From: Thiotrichaceae bacterium
Lineage (GTDB): Bacteria; Pseudomonadota; Gammaproteobacteria; UBA5859
Assembly: GCA_041940025.1 (NCBI GenBank)
Contig: JBGTSY010000005.1
Coordinates: forward strand, 68,741-132,740
Length of the DNA stretch: 64,000 bases
Direction of reading: 5' to 3'
The notes beneath the pieces were generated by a model, which saw nothing but the letters and a program-made list of their open reading frames with translations, did not search any database and was not told the origin of the DNA. Position numbers and translations under genes: made by a program. Below are positions 48,525 through 58,899 of the stretch, piece by piece. The number at the start of each line of letters is the position of its first letter. Position 1 is the first letter of the stretch.

Positions 48525-49673
48525 TTAAAACACCCAACTGAATGTAGAGGTAACTATTGTCGATGTATCTTGGTTTGAAGAAAATAATCCTTGTGTACCA
48601 TTCTGGGGATTCACATTTTGAACATCTAAATGTAATGCTCCCTTTTGCATCAATTGATATTTAACGCCTAACGTCGTAGATTGTTGTTCTTGCCCTCCGC
48701 CAGAAGAAAAAGTACCTGTGGGAGTCTCTTTTGATTCTAATACCGCAAAAGTTAAGTGTAACAATATATCATCAAATTTTTTGCCAAAAGTAATATAGTA
48801 TGCCAATAAATTCGAAATGATTTGGGGATCAATGTTTCGCTGGGCAATTTCCGATATAAATAAATAATCGTCAATTTCGTATCTGAGTCCGATAGCTATA
48901 ATGTCGACGTATGTGTTCGTGTCAAAACTAGAGGGCAGGGGCAGTGGAGACGGTGACAGCGCAGTGATAGTACTAAGTGTATCTGTAAATGCAGGATTGG
49001 GACTAAGTGTAGCGTCGGCACGGAATGTACTAATATGGGCTTTTAGAAGTTCATAATTTAATTCAAGAGATAATCCAAAACTTTCTTCCGTAAATACTTC
49101 AGCCGGTCCGCCCGGTATGCTTGCTCTGTTTAGTTCGTCAGATATTTGACCGAGTATAGGTCTCACAACTAATTCCGAGCCACTGATGTTTATTCTGAAA
49201 ATACTATCGATTCCCACATAGCTCGTAAATTCTATTAAATCATAGACTTCAGACGGCGGACGTGCCCATGGATAGATGTTTCCAACATCCACATGTTTTG
49301 AATATAAAAAGTAAGGGATACGTAATTTACCACCACGTAATGATATAGAATCACTGACTCTAAACGATGCAACTAACCAATCAATATTTGCTGCAAAGTG
49401 ATTGACTCTGTCTTTAGCAACAATTTGTATAAAATACTCAAAAGAATTATTAGCTTCCACCGTGAATTGCAGCCCAATGAGAGTGTCAGATAGAAAATTA
49501 GGTTCGTCTCGTATTTCTTTTCCCGTTAGATATGGCACCTTATTGTCACCGATAGCCATACCTACGGTTCCAAAACCGGACGTATGAATTTCGTTAGCGT
49601 GAAGTTTTAGTGGCATCACTAGAAAGCTTAAGGAAACGAAAAATGTATAACAATTTTTATTATTTAATTGCAT
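48525..49673 (-). CDS. Porin-like outer-membrane beta-barrel
   Basis: Signal peptide; SGFGTVG, RGGKLRIPYFLYS...VGNIYPWARPP; C-terminal SWVF. Confidence 0.75.
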   Translation of the reverse strand: MQLNNKNCYTFFVSLSFLVMPLKLHANEIHTSGFGTVGMAIGDNKVPYLTGKEIRDEPNFLSDTLIGLQFTVEANNSFEYFIQIVAKDRVNHFAANIDWLVASFRVSDSISLRGGKLRIPYFLYSKHVDVGNIYPWARPPSEVYDLIEFTSYVGIDSIFRINISGSELVVRPILGQISDELNRASIPGGPAEVFTEESFGLSLELNYELLKAHISTFRADATLSPNPAFTDTLSTITALSPSPLPLPSSFDTNTYVDIIAIGLRYEIDDYLFISEIAQRNIDPQIISNLLAYYITFGKKFDDILLHLTFAVLESKETPTGTFSSGGGQEQQSTTLGVKYQLMQKGALHLDVQNVNPQNGTQGLFSSNQDTSTIVTSTFSWVF

Positions 49674-49712
49674 TGTAAAAATCCCTATTTTGGCACAACA
49701 ACTAAAATCAAT

Positions 49713-50153
49713 TTAGTTAAGTTCAAATATTATTCTAACTTTGTCAGTGACATTAGTCTTTTCTACAAAACCGATGGCTTCTTTTGTTTCGGCGACATGT
49801 TCCACCACTGCCTGCTGGGAAGGCAGTATTCTTGGTGGAGAGCCCTCTCCAGCGAACAGTAAAGCAGACCAATGCCGATCCATTTGTCTGGTCGTGCGTC
49901 CGGTAACTTTGGAATAAAACTGATCCCTAAGTTCGATACTACCTTCCATATCTACCGGATTCGCCCGTTTACCATAAATTGTTTTGCGTTTTCGTCTCAA
50001 ATAGATGTCTTTTAGCTCTTCCTCGGTAATGTTTTCAATGCCGCTAAGCGGGTTACTAATTACAACAATTTCAGCAAAACTGGAGGGCGAGTAGCACAAA
50101 AAGATAAATATAATAAATGGGTAAAAATAATTTTTCTTCATATTAAGTTCCAT
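49713..50153 (-). CDS. Small periplasmic PstS/PBP-like protein
   Basis: Signal peptide; EIVVISNP, ELKDIYL, FY...W...LFAGEGSPP, AIGFV. Confidence 0.75.
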   Translation of the reverse strand: MELNMKKNYFYPFIIFIFLCYSPSSFAEIVVISNPLSGIENITEEELKDIYLRRKRKTIYGKRANPVDMEGSIELRDQFYSKVTGRTTRQMDRHWSALLFAGEGSPPRILPSQQAVVEHVAETKEAIGFVEKTNVTDKVRIIFELN

Positions 50154-50952
50154 TTAATAAACTAGGTAGCAAATTGTAGATATTGGAGTATCCATTCTAT
50201 TAGTTGATTTATTTTTGAATAGGTTGACGTTAATGGATCTGTCCTTTGTCTACACTTAGATTTGTATACCGTCTTTTAATAAGCTGGACCCCCTAATGGA
50301 TAGGTTAATCGAGCAGGGGTGATAATGGATGTAGAAACTGACTAAAACAAAGAGAATCATGTCAATCCACTCTTTAGATCCAGATCCGCGCTTTTACAAT
50401 GGTACTATCCTTAGGAGAATTTCAACTATAGTTCAATAACTATTTCATCGCAATGATAAAAATATTAACAATGGAATCTATGAACTAGACTGAGTTTGAA
50501 AACAAAACTAGAACATAACTATCTAAAATAATGAGCAGTCACGCAACTTGTTTTGGTTATCATCTATATGATTGACATCATTTGGGCAAGTGTCAGTATT
50601 TCAGTCTTTTCGTATATTTGAAAATACCAATAGTAGCGGTTCGTAGCACACGCGCGAAAATGGAGAACCATAAAAGCATCTCTTTTATCTCATGCCTCTT
50701 CCACACTCGAGAAATGATCTAATTAATTGATTATTATATAAATAATAATGAAAACGTTTTATAAGGCAGGCTGGATTGTTTTTTTCCATTAGACTTAGTT
50801 AAACTCTTTCACTTGGCATTGGATAAAGGGTTGTCTTATCGTTCACTAAATATATAAAGAATGCTCTAATGTTCATTAGTCATTTAAATTATAAAAGACT
50901 CTACACTTGAAAATTATGTAGAGTCGTTACGTACAAACAGAGGAGGGATGGT

Positions 50953-52737
50953 ATGGGCGTCATCAGTGAATTTCGTGCTTTACCTGAAGCGCGTAGCGGG
51001 GCAATGGCACCTATCAAACAAATTGGTGTTGGTCGGGGACTACGCATAATTTCCAAGGCATTAATAAAGAGTCGATTTAATCGGCAGGAGTTACCACGCC
51101 AAGGAATGTTGGCATTTTGGGATACCATGGGTCACCAGGAAGCGATCATTGATCCAAGTGGCGATCGCATTACCTTTAGCCAGTATAAGAACAGGGTATT
51201 AAAACTTGCGAATGCCTTTGATACTTTAGGCTTGAAGCAAGGGGATGCCTGTGCAGAGCTACTTTATAATGGTTCCACTTGGTTCGAAGTGAATGGTGCA
51301 TGTACGTTAATGGGGATTCAGATGCCGATGTTGAACTGGCATTTACGTCCAAATGAATTGGCGGAGTGTATTAATGCTGCGCAACCCAAGGCATTGATAT
51401 TTGATTCCGAATTTTTAGAAAAAATAGAGCCCATACTGAATGACATTCCTTCGGTCGCGCACCTAATCTTGGTGGGTTCTGAACCGAAGAAAGGGTTCTT
51501 AAGTTACGAGGAGATCACCGCACACGCTCAGCCTATTCTACCGCCGGGCAAGTTAGATATGGCGGCTCGTCCCTACAGTGGGGGTACCACAGGTACCCCG
51601 AAGTATATGAACATCAATCGAGAACGTTTGACCTCCGATAATGATGCAGATCGTCGTGGCGCCTCTAAATCAGATGTGGGACATTTCGCGATCATGCAGC
51701 TCACTGCGTTTCATCACTATAAGCTAGGGCAGATCAAAGATCCCATCACCCATAATGTACGCTCACTGATACCCGGACCGCTTTACCATGCCGGGGTGCA
51801 AGTGGGCGTGTTGCCTTTCTTTTTAGGGGGAACTGTGGTGCCGATGCGTAAGTTTACCGCAGAAGGGGTGCTGCAGTTGATAGAAAAAGAACGTATTAAC
51901 TGGACATTTGTGGCGCCCACAATGTTAGAGCGCATTTTAAAGTTACCTGATGAGGTGTTACATAAGTATGATCTGTCGAGCATGGTATCCATTATCTGTG
52001 CCGCCGCACCTTGCCCCCCGAAAGTGAAAAAAGACATCAATGCTTTGTTCAGAAAACAAGGGGCCAAAAACGATGTGTTTCATGAGTATTACGCGGCTTC
52101 AGAAACTGGGTTGGTCACTGTGTTAGCGCCAGAAGATTATCAGGTGAAAGAAAAAAGATACGATAGCGTGGGCAAAATTAGAGGCTGTGACTGCCGAATC
52201 TTTGATCCTGATACCAAGCAATGGGCTGAGATTGGTAAAGAAGGTAAAGTAATTATGCGTACGCCCACGGTTTACGGACTGGAATATGCGGGTGTCAGCG
52301 AAGATGATATGAAAAAATGCTTTGTGGAAGTGGATGGAGAACTCTGGTATGACGATGGCCTGATGGGATATACGGATGAAGACGGGTTTCTCTATCTCAC
52401 CTCTCGAGTAAAAGAGATGATCATCAGCGGTGGGGTGAATCTGTTTCCTAATGAGATAGAAAATGTAATTAAGAAACATGAAAAAGTAGCGGACGTAGCA
52501 GTGGTGAGAGGGCCAGATAAAGATTTGGGGGAGGTTCCCGTCGCAGTCATACAATTGGTTCCGGGTCAAACGACGACAGCTGAAGAAATACTGGAACATT
52601 GTAAACAAGAAGGGTTATATGGGTTTAAGCTGCCTAAAGTAATAGACTTTGATGACTTACCCAGAAATCTGGCCGGTAAGTTGCCAAAGAAGGAGATTGA
52701 GGCTCGCTATTGGCAGGGACAGGCCAGTCACGGTTAG
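50953..52737 (+). CDS. Acyl-CoA synthetase (AMP-binding enzyme)
   Basis: YSGGTTGTPK, GPLYH, EYYAASETG, DEDGFLYL, MIISGGVN, LPRNLAGK. Confidence 0.92.
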   Translation: MGVISEFRALPEARSGAMAPIKQIGVGRGLRIISKALIKSRFNRQELPRQGMLAFWDTMGHQEAIIDPSGDRITFSQYKNRVLKLANAFDTLGLKQGDACAELLYNGSTWFEVNGACTLMGIQMPMLNWHLRPNELAECINAAQPKALIFDSEFLEKIEPILNDIPSVAHLILVGSEPKKGFLSYEEITAHAQPILPPGKLDMAARPYSGGTTGTPKYMNINRERLTSDNDADRRGASKSDVGHFAIMQLTAFHHYKLGQIKDPITHNVRSLIPGPLYHAGVQVGVLPFFLGGTVVPMRKFTAEGVLQLIEKERINWTFVAPTMLERILKLPDEVLHKYDLSSMVSIICAAAPCPPKVKKDINALFRKQGAKNDVFHEYYAASETGLVTVLAPEDYQVKEKRYDSVGKIRGCDCRIFDPDTKQWAEIGKEGKVIMRTPTVYGLEYAGVSEDDMKKCFVEVDGELWYDDGLMGYTDEDGFLYLTSRVKEMIISGGVNLFPNEIENVIKKHEKVADVAVVRGPDKDLGEVPVAVIQLVPGQTTTAEEILEHCKQEGLYGFKLPKVIDFDDLPRNLAGKLPKKEIEARYWQGQASHG

Positions 52738-52754
52738 TTGTACGGTAAGGTAGG

Positions 52755-52782
52755 AAACGCCGCGTAAAGCGGCGTTTTTTTT
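52755..52782 (+). terminator. Intrinsic terminator
   Basis: AAACGCCGC-GTAAA-GCGGCG followed by T8. Confidence 0.85.
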
Positions 52783-52881
52783 ATCTTGAGTCTTACTGTG
52801 ACAGAACAATTGGCAAACGATGAGTAAATTGGATAAAGTGCCGCTCAGAAGAATCCGACAAAAATACTGTGCTCAATGTAA

Positions 52882-53310
52882 ATGAATTGTTTCAAACTGA
52901 CGCGAATCTGTAGGCTACTGATACTTTCTCTAGCACTTTTTGTTGAAGTGCTATTAGCTCGCGAGTTAGTACTGGTGGTATCTAGTCACAGCTCAATCGA
53001 ATCGGTGAGCAAACAAACACTAGTGGATCTCTATTTAGGGCGTCAGCTCACACATCGCATACGGGTAGGGGATGTGATAACTCTGTCTTATCGAGATCTA
53101 TTCTATGAACGCCTCACCGGCCGGGACATCAGGCAGGTGGAATCTCTTTGGGCACAACGCCTGTTTACAGCCGAGGGTGTGCCGCCAGAAATGTTTCGCA
53201 AACTGGACAATGCATTAACCTGGGTTGAGCAGGAGCCTGACAGAGTATTGTATCTCGAAGCAAAAGATCTCACAGATGATCTGAAGGTGATATATGAATT
53301 GGGTGAATAA
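52882..53310 (+). CDS. Small periplasmic PstS/PBP-like protein (paralog of 49713-50153)
   Basis: ELVLVVS, LVDLYLG, FYERLTGR...W...LFTAEGVPP. Confidence 0.7.
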   Translation: MNCFKLTRICRLLILSLALFVEVLLARELVLVVSSHSSIESVSKQTLVDLYLGRQLTHRIRVGDVITLSYRDLFYERLTGRDIRQVESLWAQRLFTAEGVPPEMFRKLDNALTWVEQEPDRVLYLEAKDLTDDLKVIYELGE

Positions 53311-54445
53311 GATAGGTTTACTGCCAATTTACAGGATTTTCACTGTTCTGGTTGTTTCGTTTCAGATCTGTCCGGCAGACAGCTATGCGGAACCGTCTTA
53401 TTATTTACCGAAAATATCCGGTTTCGGTTCGGTGGGAATGGGTATCTCTGACAATGCAGAGCCTTATTTAAGGGATTTGGAGGTGAGTAATCGTCTTAGT
53501 GTGGCAGGGTTCAATAAGGTTGGTATGCAATTGAATGGCTGGTTGCCGAAGGGTAACAGCTATATGATTCAGTTATTAGGCAAAAACAGTAATGATCACT
53601 TTGATATCAAGCTAGATTGGATGTTGCTGTCGAGGGAAATAACACCAGAGTTCACTGTACGCGCTGGGCTTTTGCGATTGCCTATGTACCTGTACTCCAA
53701 ATCTATCGAGGTTGGCAAAACCTATCCGTGGATATTGCCGCCGGAAGCGGTGTACGGTACTACCGAAACCACTAATTATCATGGTGTAGATTTAATCTAT
53801 CGCAAAAGTTTCGAAAAGTTGTCTTTTGAGCTGCAACCATTAATTGGGGAAACTCAAGATACTCTTCATTTATCTTCTCAGATTGGACTACTAGAGCTTG
53901 AAGCAAAATCCAGTCGTAACTTCGGTGTCTCTGGAAGAGTACTGGGGCCCAATTACATCTTCCACGGTTCTTATGTTCGCATCGATAACAAAGGTCCATT
54001 ATCAATTGTCGATACCGGGTTAGCTGAATCGAATAAAAGCACTGTCATTCAGGGCACCTATGAAATTTTTGCAATAGCTGTAAAAATTGAATTCGGAGAT
54101 TGGCATTATTTAATAGAATCGAGTCATCGTGGAACAAGCAATGATGACATCACTAATTCCGTTGATGGCTACTATTTTATGATGGGTTATAGAAATCGAA
54201 AATTTTTATACCATGTCACCTATTCAGTTTGGTATGACGACAACGATTTTGGCCAGTTTATTGGTAATCGAGATACTAAAGAAACTATTGTTGGAATCAA
54301 TTACGATTTAGATTCCAACCAAACCCTAAAATTACAATTGAACTATGGTGATCCGAAAAATGGTTCTATCGGTTTCTTTAGGAAACGTTCTCCAGATATC
54401 GACGATGTGTCTGCCTTGATGGTCAACTATAACTGGGTATTTTAA
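53294..54445 (+). CDS. Porin-like outer-membrane beta-barrel (paralog of 48525-49673)
   Basis: SGFGSVG, RAGLLRLPMYLYS...VGKTYPWILPP; C-terminal NWVF. Confidence 0.75.
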   Translation: MNWVNKIGLLPIYRIFTVLVVSFQICPADSYAEPSYYLPKISGFGSVGMGISDNAEPYLRDLEVSNRLSVAGFNKVGMQLNGWLPKGNSYMIQLLGKNSNDHFDIKLDWMLLSREITPEFTVRAGLLRLPMYLYSKSIEVGKTYPWILPPEAVYGTTETTNYHGVDLIYRKSFEKLSFELQPLIGETQDTLHLSSQIGLLELEAKSSRNFGVSGRVLGPNYIFHGSYVRIDNKGPLSIVDTGLAESNKSTVIQGTYEIFAIAVKIEFGDWHYLIESSHRGTSNDDITNSVDGYYFMMGYRNRKFLYHVTYSVWYDDNDFGQFIGNRDTKETIVGINYDLDSNQTLKLQLNYGDPKNGSIGFFRKRSPDIDDVSALMVNYNWVF

Positions 54446-54487
54446 GATTCGTCTTATTGCTCAGCTCCATGTTTCGAAAATAAGTAA

Positions 54488-55504
54488 TTAGCGTTGGGAC
54501 TTTTGACCAAAACTCAAAATAGCATTTCCTAGTTCCTTTTCGATCTTGTGATGCAATTCGTTATGTATCCTGGTAGCGGCAGTTACTGCCGAGGTGGCGG
54601 ACTGTTTAATAGGCCATTCACGATGACCATAAATTTGTCCGCTACTGTCTGTTAGGGAAAATTTAAAGATCCCCTGATACCAATACCAGCCTTCGCGCAG
54701 TTCTAGTTGCGGTTGTGGCCAATCTAATAACAATAAATAATCGGACTTAGAGTTGTCATTGGTGATCACTCCTACCTTGGCCAGCGCATTTGCTGCGGAG
54801 GAAACAAATGCCTCGGCAGATGAGGAGTGTGCCTTCACTCGTATACGAATAGTGGATGCTATTTCATTGGATCGTTTGTTCAACTCCGCGATAGAGTAGT
54901 TGCTCGCCACGCCATGTCCGCTGGGATCCACTACCTGTAACATCTGCTGTATTTGGTGTCGTTGACGCTGTAATTCAATGGCGCTTTGTATGAAACCCAC
55001 TTGGCTCAATTTATCTTCATAGATCGCGCTGGCTCTTAGCTGTGTATTTGTTTCAGAGTCCAACTGTTGGATGCGCTCTCGAAACAATTGTAGCGCCTGT
55101 ACACGGGAGAGCGCCGCAAGCGCATGATACTGTTGGTTGTTGGGATCGTGCCAACTGTCCACTATTTGCACGGCGTGCAAGACTACCTCAGTATGCGTCT
55201 CAATTTGTTGTGCTGTTTCGCTACTGAACTCCGATTGTCCTGATTGCTGTAAGTAACTCTGCCTGTCCTGCATCCTAGCACGAATATTGACGCTGAAATT
55301 TTTTGCTAGTTCTGACCGCGCTCGATCTTGTGCGACTGTCAAACTGGGGCCGACGCCCGTGCCGACAATATGAGTCATAGTTGGATATGCGGCCGCTGGC
55401 CGATCCACCCATTGCGGTTTCGACATCTCTTCATTGTGTAAAGAGGCGCAACCTGAAATGAGCAGGACGAGCAGGATACTAGTCAGTAAGGATATTGGTT
55501 TCAT
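54488..55504 (-). CDS. LPP20-family lipoprotein
   Basis: Lipobox LISGC; PQWV, GVG...AQDRARSELAK. Confidence 0.75.
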   Translation of the reverse strand: MKPISLLTSILLVLLISGCASLHNEEMSKPQWVDRPAAAYPTMTHIVGTGVGPSLTVAQDRARSELAKNFSVNIRARMQDRQSYLQQSGQSEFSSETAQQIETHTEVVLHAVQIVDSWHDPNNQQYHALAALSRVQALQLFRERIQQLDSETNTQLRASAIYEDKLSQVGFIQSAIELQRQRHQIQQMLQVVDPSGHGVASNYSIAELNKRSNEIASTIRIRVKAHSSSAEAFVSSAANALAKVGVITNDNSKSDYLLLLDWPQPQLELREGWYWYQGIFKFSLTDSSGQIYGHREWPIKQSATSAVTAATRIHNELHHKIEKELGNAILSFGQKSQR

Positions 55505-55505
55505 T

Positions 55506-56828
55506 TTACAATCCATATATAACGTTTGATCCAAGACGGTGGAAGACCATCAGTCTAAAGTCTCTGGGGAAAATTTCTATGGGGACAGCTTTTGTCTGAC
55601 TACCAAACAGTGGTCGCACTTGGTATTGACCTTTATCAAGAGGAATTTTTACAGCCCACCAACCACTGGGCAGAGTAGACCAGGTACGCGTGTCCGCGCG
55701 CTCTGAAGCGACGGTCGCCACATTGGCAATTAGACCGAGTAATGGGGCTTCTTGCGTGCTTTCTTTTACCACACGATGTTTCACCGCAACCCGCGCCACC
55801 GCCCTCGCGGTAATAGCAGGAATCTGTTGTGCAAGTGTTTGTTCGGCGACAGAATTCATATTCGCTATTAGTTCACCAGAATATGTAGCTTGGTTCATCT
55901 GAAAATAGGGCGGTTGCGTCAAACTGACTCTGCTCTGATGTCTGGGGATGGCAATTCTATACAGCTCACCATCTTTAGGATCCACGGCTTGAATCGCCAC
56001 TTCTTTGCGCAAGGGCGCCAAACCTTCCGCAAAAAGCAATAATAAATGACCCTGCTTTAAATAGCTTTTTTGTCTTCTCCAGTTTATTACACCGTACCGC
56101 TTTTGTAACTGTACTCGCTGCGCATGAAGATCAAGGTGGTCCATCAACCTTAGCATATCGAGGATTAAAAAATCTGGTGGCGATTGCTGACTTTCCTGAA
56201 ATGCGATCACTGCTTGTCGATAAGCGATGAGCGCCTGATCCCACTCTCCTCCCATTTCGAATACCACCCCCGACAGGTAGCGCGGAAAGGTATTTTGCGC
56301 AGGAATGCCGTTATTTTCATTCAGGCGATTTAAGGTCACATCCATTTGTAATACTTCTACTCTGGCGGAAGCCAGGTCGTCTAGTTCGAGGTAGTTTAGT
56401 ATTTTAAAAACATGGATATAGATTTGTTCAAATCCATGAGGAAGATAAGCTCGCTGCTGATCATTGATGGCTGATGCCAGTGTTTGTTCCGAAAGGCTAA
56501 TGGCGAGCAGGGGTTCCAATGCGGATTTGGCCGCTTCGAGGCTACGGTTACTTAAGGCAAATTCACCTTGCAAGCGCAGTATCACACTACGATTTAGCTC
56601 ATGTATGATTGCGCTTTTTTTGTCTCCTTTTATCTGTGTATCAAGGTAGGTTAAGGCAGACTCCAGCTTGCCTCTGTTTAGGTCTGTTTCAAAAATGCCA
56701 ATTTTTTGATCAAAAGTGACACATCCTGAAATCATCATCAATAACGCCATCGCTAACGCGAACTGAGGCGCATAACTACTATCCAGTTGTAAAAGATCAC
56801 ACCTGATGGTGATCTGATCGGCACACAT
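55506..56828 (-). CDS. COG3014-like TPR lipoprotein
   Basis: Lipobox ISGC; LNYL...ARVE; SERADTRTWSTLP; true start may lie downstream. Confidence 0.75.
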   Translation of the reverse strand: MCADQITIRCDLLQLDSSYAPQFALAMALLMMISGCVTFDQKIGIFETDLNRGKLESALTYLDTQIKGDKKSAIIHELNRSVILRLQGEFALSNRSLEAAKSALEPLLAISLSEQTLASAINDQQRAYLPHGFEQIYIHVFKILNYLELDDLASARVEVLQMDVTLNRLNENNGIPAQNTFPRYLSGVVFEMGGEWDQALIAYRQAVIAFQESQQSPPDFLILDMLRLMDHLDLHAQRVQLQKRYGVINWRRQKSYLKQGHLLLLFAEGLAPLRKEVAIQAVDPKDGELYRIAIPRHQSRVSLTQPPYFQMNQATYSGELIANMNSVAEQTLAQQIPAITARAVARVAVKHRVVKESTQEAPLLGLIANVATVASERADTRTWSTLPSGWWAVKIPLDKGQYQVRPLFGSQTKAVPIEIFPRDFRLMVFHRLGSNVIYGL

Positions 56829-56840
56829 CAGTGACTGAGA

Positions 56841-57455
56841 CTAGTATCTAAGTGTCGGTCGCTTAATGAATTTTTTAATCTTCTTTTGTCCCACCCATAC
56901 CTTGCGGTTGTCCGCCATGCTTATCATGGTTAGGTCTACTTGATAGTACCTGACTTGTTTTTTTGATGCCTGATCGATAATGGTATTAATAGTGCCTTTG
57001 AGCATATAGTCAGCACCAATCTCCTGTCCCATTGCTTTTCGAGTATCCGCGCGAGCGTGTAAGTCTTGATCTGCGCGCTCTTCTCTCACCTGTGTGCGCT
57101 CTGTTGAAGAAGCAACAAACTCCACGCGACCAGAATTGATCAAGGCGCGTTCCATATCGTTGACAAAGGTTTTCACATTAATGTGTTCATGACTGAGATT
57201 ACGAACATCGCCCACGATCACTACCGGCATCCTACCGGTGCGATTGCGGAAATCGGATATCCAGGGACGGTTAAGTGCATCTGTGATCATCTCTTCCGAA
57301 ACTAATCTGGAGTCGGTATCGTTCCAAGCGCCGCTCAAATCGACGACTTCCTCGCTTTGAATTCTATTGACGACCGTTCCGCAGCCGTTCAGCAAAGAGA
57401 CAGATAGTAGGCTAATCATTAAAATACTAGAAAACCTAAACTGACCTACAGCCAT
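56841..57455 (-). CDS. lpoB: LpoB-like lipoprotein (PBP activator/CsgG-like fold)
   Basis: Lipobox LNGC; DLSGAWNDTD, VRNLSHEHI, GADYMLKGTI, YYQVDL...VW. Confidence 0.7.
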   Translation of the reverse strand: MAVGQFRFSSILMISLLSVSLLNGCGTVVNRIQSEEVVDLSGAWNDTDSRLVSEEMITDALNRPWISDFRNRTGRMPVVIVGDVRNLSHEHINVKTFVNDMERALINSGRVEFVASSTERTQVREERADQDLHARADTRKAMGQEIGADYMLKGTINTIIDQASKKQVRYYQVDLTMISMADNRKVWVGQKKIKKFIKRPTLRY

Positions 57456-58024
57456 TATTTACCTCCAGTTTGACGATCGAAAATGGAATCGGATTCAACT
57501 TGCATAAACTTTTTTAGAGAAGCGTTCATCGCATTGGTTTGTTGGACTATAGTGTTTATCTGCTTCTTGTCTAATTCCGCAAGGGAGTAGACCAGGTTAG
57601 TTTTTGGATCGCGCCATCGTCCTATTATTTTTGCACCTGCCAAATTGAGTTTAGAGACAGCTTCTATTTGTTGCGAGACGCTCCCTGAGCTGATGGTTTC
57701 GTCGGCACTATGGGCAGATCCGAGGTAATCATTAGAGACAACGTTCATATAGGAACTAAGCACCCTCGCCAGCTCGGCTCTAGCTCGATTATCTGCGGTG
57801 CTGAGTTGTAAAGACTCGCTTCCCATAGCGGGTGCCGAGCCCACTCCATGGAACAGTCTACCCTTTTTGTTTTTAAGGATTTGAGTGCCTTCGTTTACCC
57901 AAGCAGGAGCCCCCTTAATGTTTAAATCGCTTTCAACGACGGTTTTACCCGAACATGCCGCCAATGTGAACAAAAAGAGTGTGAGTAATAACCAAGTTTT
58001 GGTTTGAGATTCGGTGCTATCCAT
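57455..58024 (-). CDS. LPP20-family lipoprotein
   Basis: Lipobox LAAC; GAPAWV, FHGVGSA, ADNRARAELA. Confidence 0.75.
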   Translation of the reverse strand: MDSTESQTKTWLLLTLFLFTLAACSGKTVVESDLNIKGAPAWVNEGTQILKNKKGRLFHGVGSAPAMGSESLQLSTADNRARAELARVLSSYMNVVSNDYLGSAHSADETISSGSVSQQIEAVSKLNLAGAKIIGRWRDPKTNLVYSLAELDKKQINTIVQQTNAMNASLKKFMQVESDSIFDRQTGGK

Positions 58025-58341
58025 GGTATTTGTCCTATTTCTATTGCGTCATTTAAGTGTACATCGGATTATTTTATCCAACCTAGTAAAATTGAGGTGA
58101 AAAATCAAAATGCAGGCTGACTATGAGTTGTTTGAGACTTGGCGTCATTTTAAGACGATAGTTATTTGAGCGTTTTGACATAAATGGGATAAAGAAAGGC
58201 GAAATAATCGTAAATATCGATAATGAGCGCATGAACTGCTCAGTAGAGCTTCCAATGTAATTCTATCCATGAGGCTGCCGCTACATACTATCGAATAGAG
58301 CTTTCCTAGGGATTGTTTGGTAAAACAAAGGGATCTTTGGC

Positions 58342-58899
58342 ATGAAGAACCATAATTATTCATTGAATTTGTTATTCGCCGCCCTCATCGTCGTCGCAGC
58401 GAAAAACGCCTGGGCAGATGAACCCGTACCCGTCGAAGACAAGGTCTTTATGGGCGCGAGTGTTTCATGGTATGACTATGACTCGGACACCATGATAGAC
58501 GGTAGCCTGGCCGGCTCCCTCGGATTTGGCTATGTCGTGAGTCAAAATTGGGGTTGGGAAGCCGTGTTTACTGTGGTGGATTCTGAGCAAGATATGACTG
58601 ATGTGGATGCCACCACGATTCAAATGCACTGGGACTTTCACTACTATCTTCCGACTGAATCTAACCATCAGGCTTATTTGCTAGTTGGTGCCGGTTTTTC
58701 AGATACAGATGTGAGCGGAGTGGCAAGTGTGCTAGAAACCGAAACCAATTTTGGTTTTGGAGTGATGCATTTCCTTTCTCCAAACTTAGCGATAAAAACA
58801 GATGCGCGAGTATTCTATAGTTTTGATGATAAGCTTATGGACTACTCGTTGACCCTGGGTTTTGCTTATTATCTGGATAAAAACTGGTCTATACCCTAA
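58342..58899 (+). CDS. OmpA-like 8-stranded beta-barrel protein
   Basis: Signal peptide ending AWA; GFGY, AYLLVGAG, FGFG and LTLGFAY strands. Confidence 0.75.
   Translation: MKNHNYSLNLLFAALIVVAAKNAWADEPVPVEDKVFMGASVSWYDYDSDTMIDGSLAGSLGFGYVVSQNWGWEAVFTVVDSEQDMTDVDATTIQMHWDFHYYLPTESNHQAYLLVGAGFSDTDVSGVASVLETETNFGFGVMHFLSPNLAIKTDARVFYSFDDKLMDYSLTLGFAYYLDKNWSIP

Noticed and set aside
50154-50952. 800 bp AT-rich gap as a hidden gene or ncRNA
   Set aside because: No convincing ORF, structured RNA motif or repeat visible; most simply a divergent promoter region
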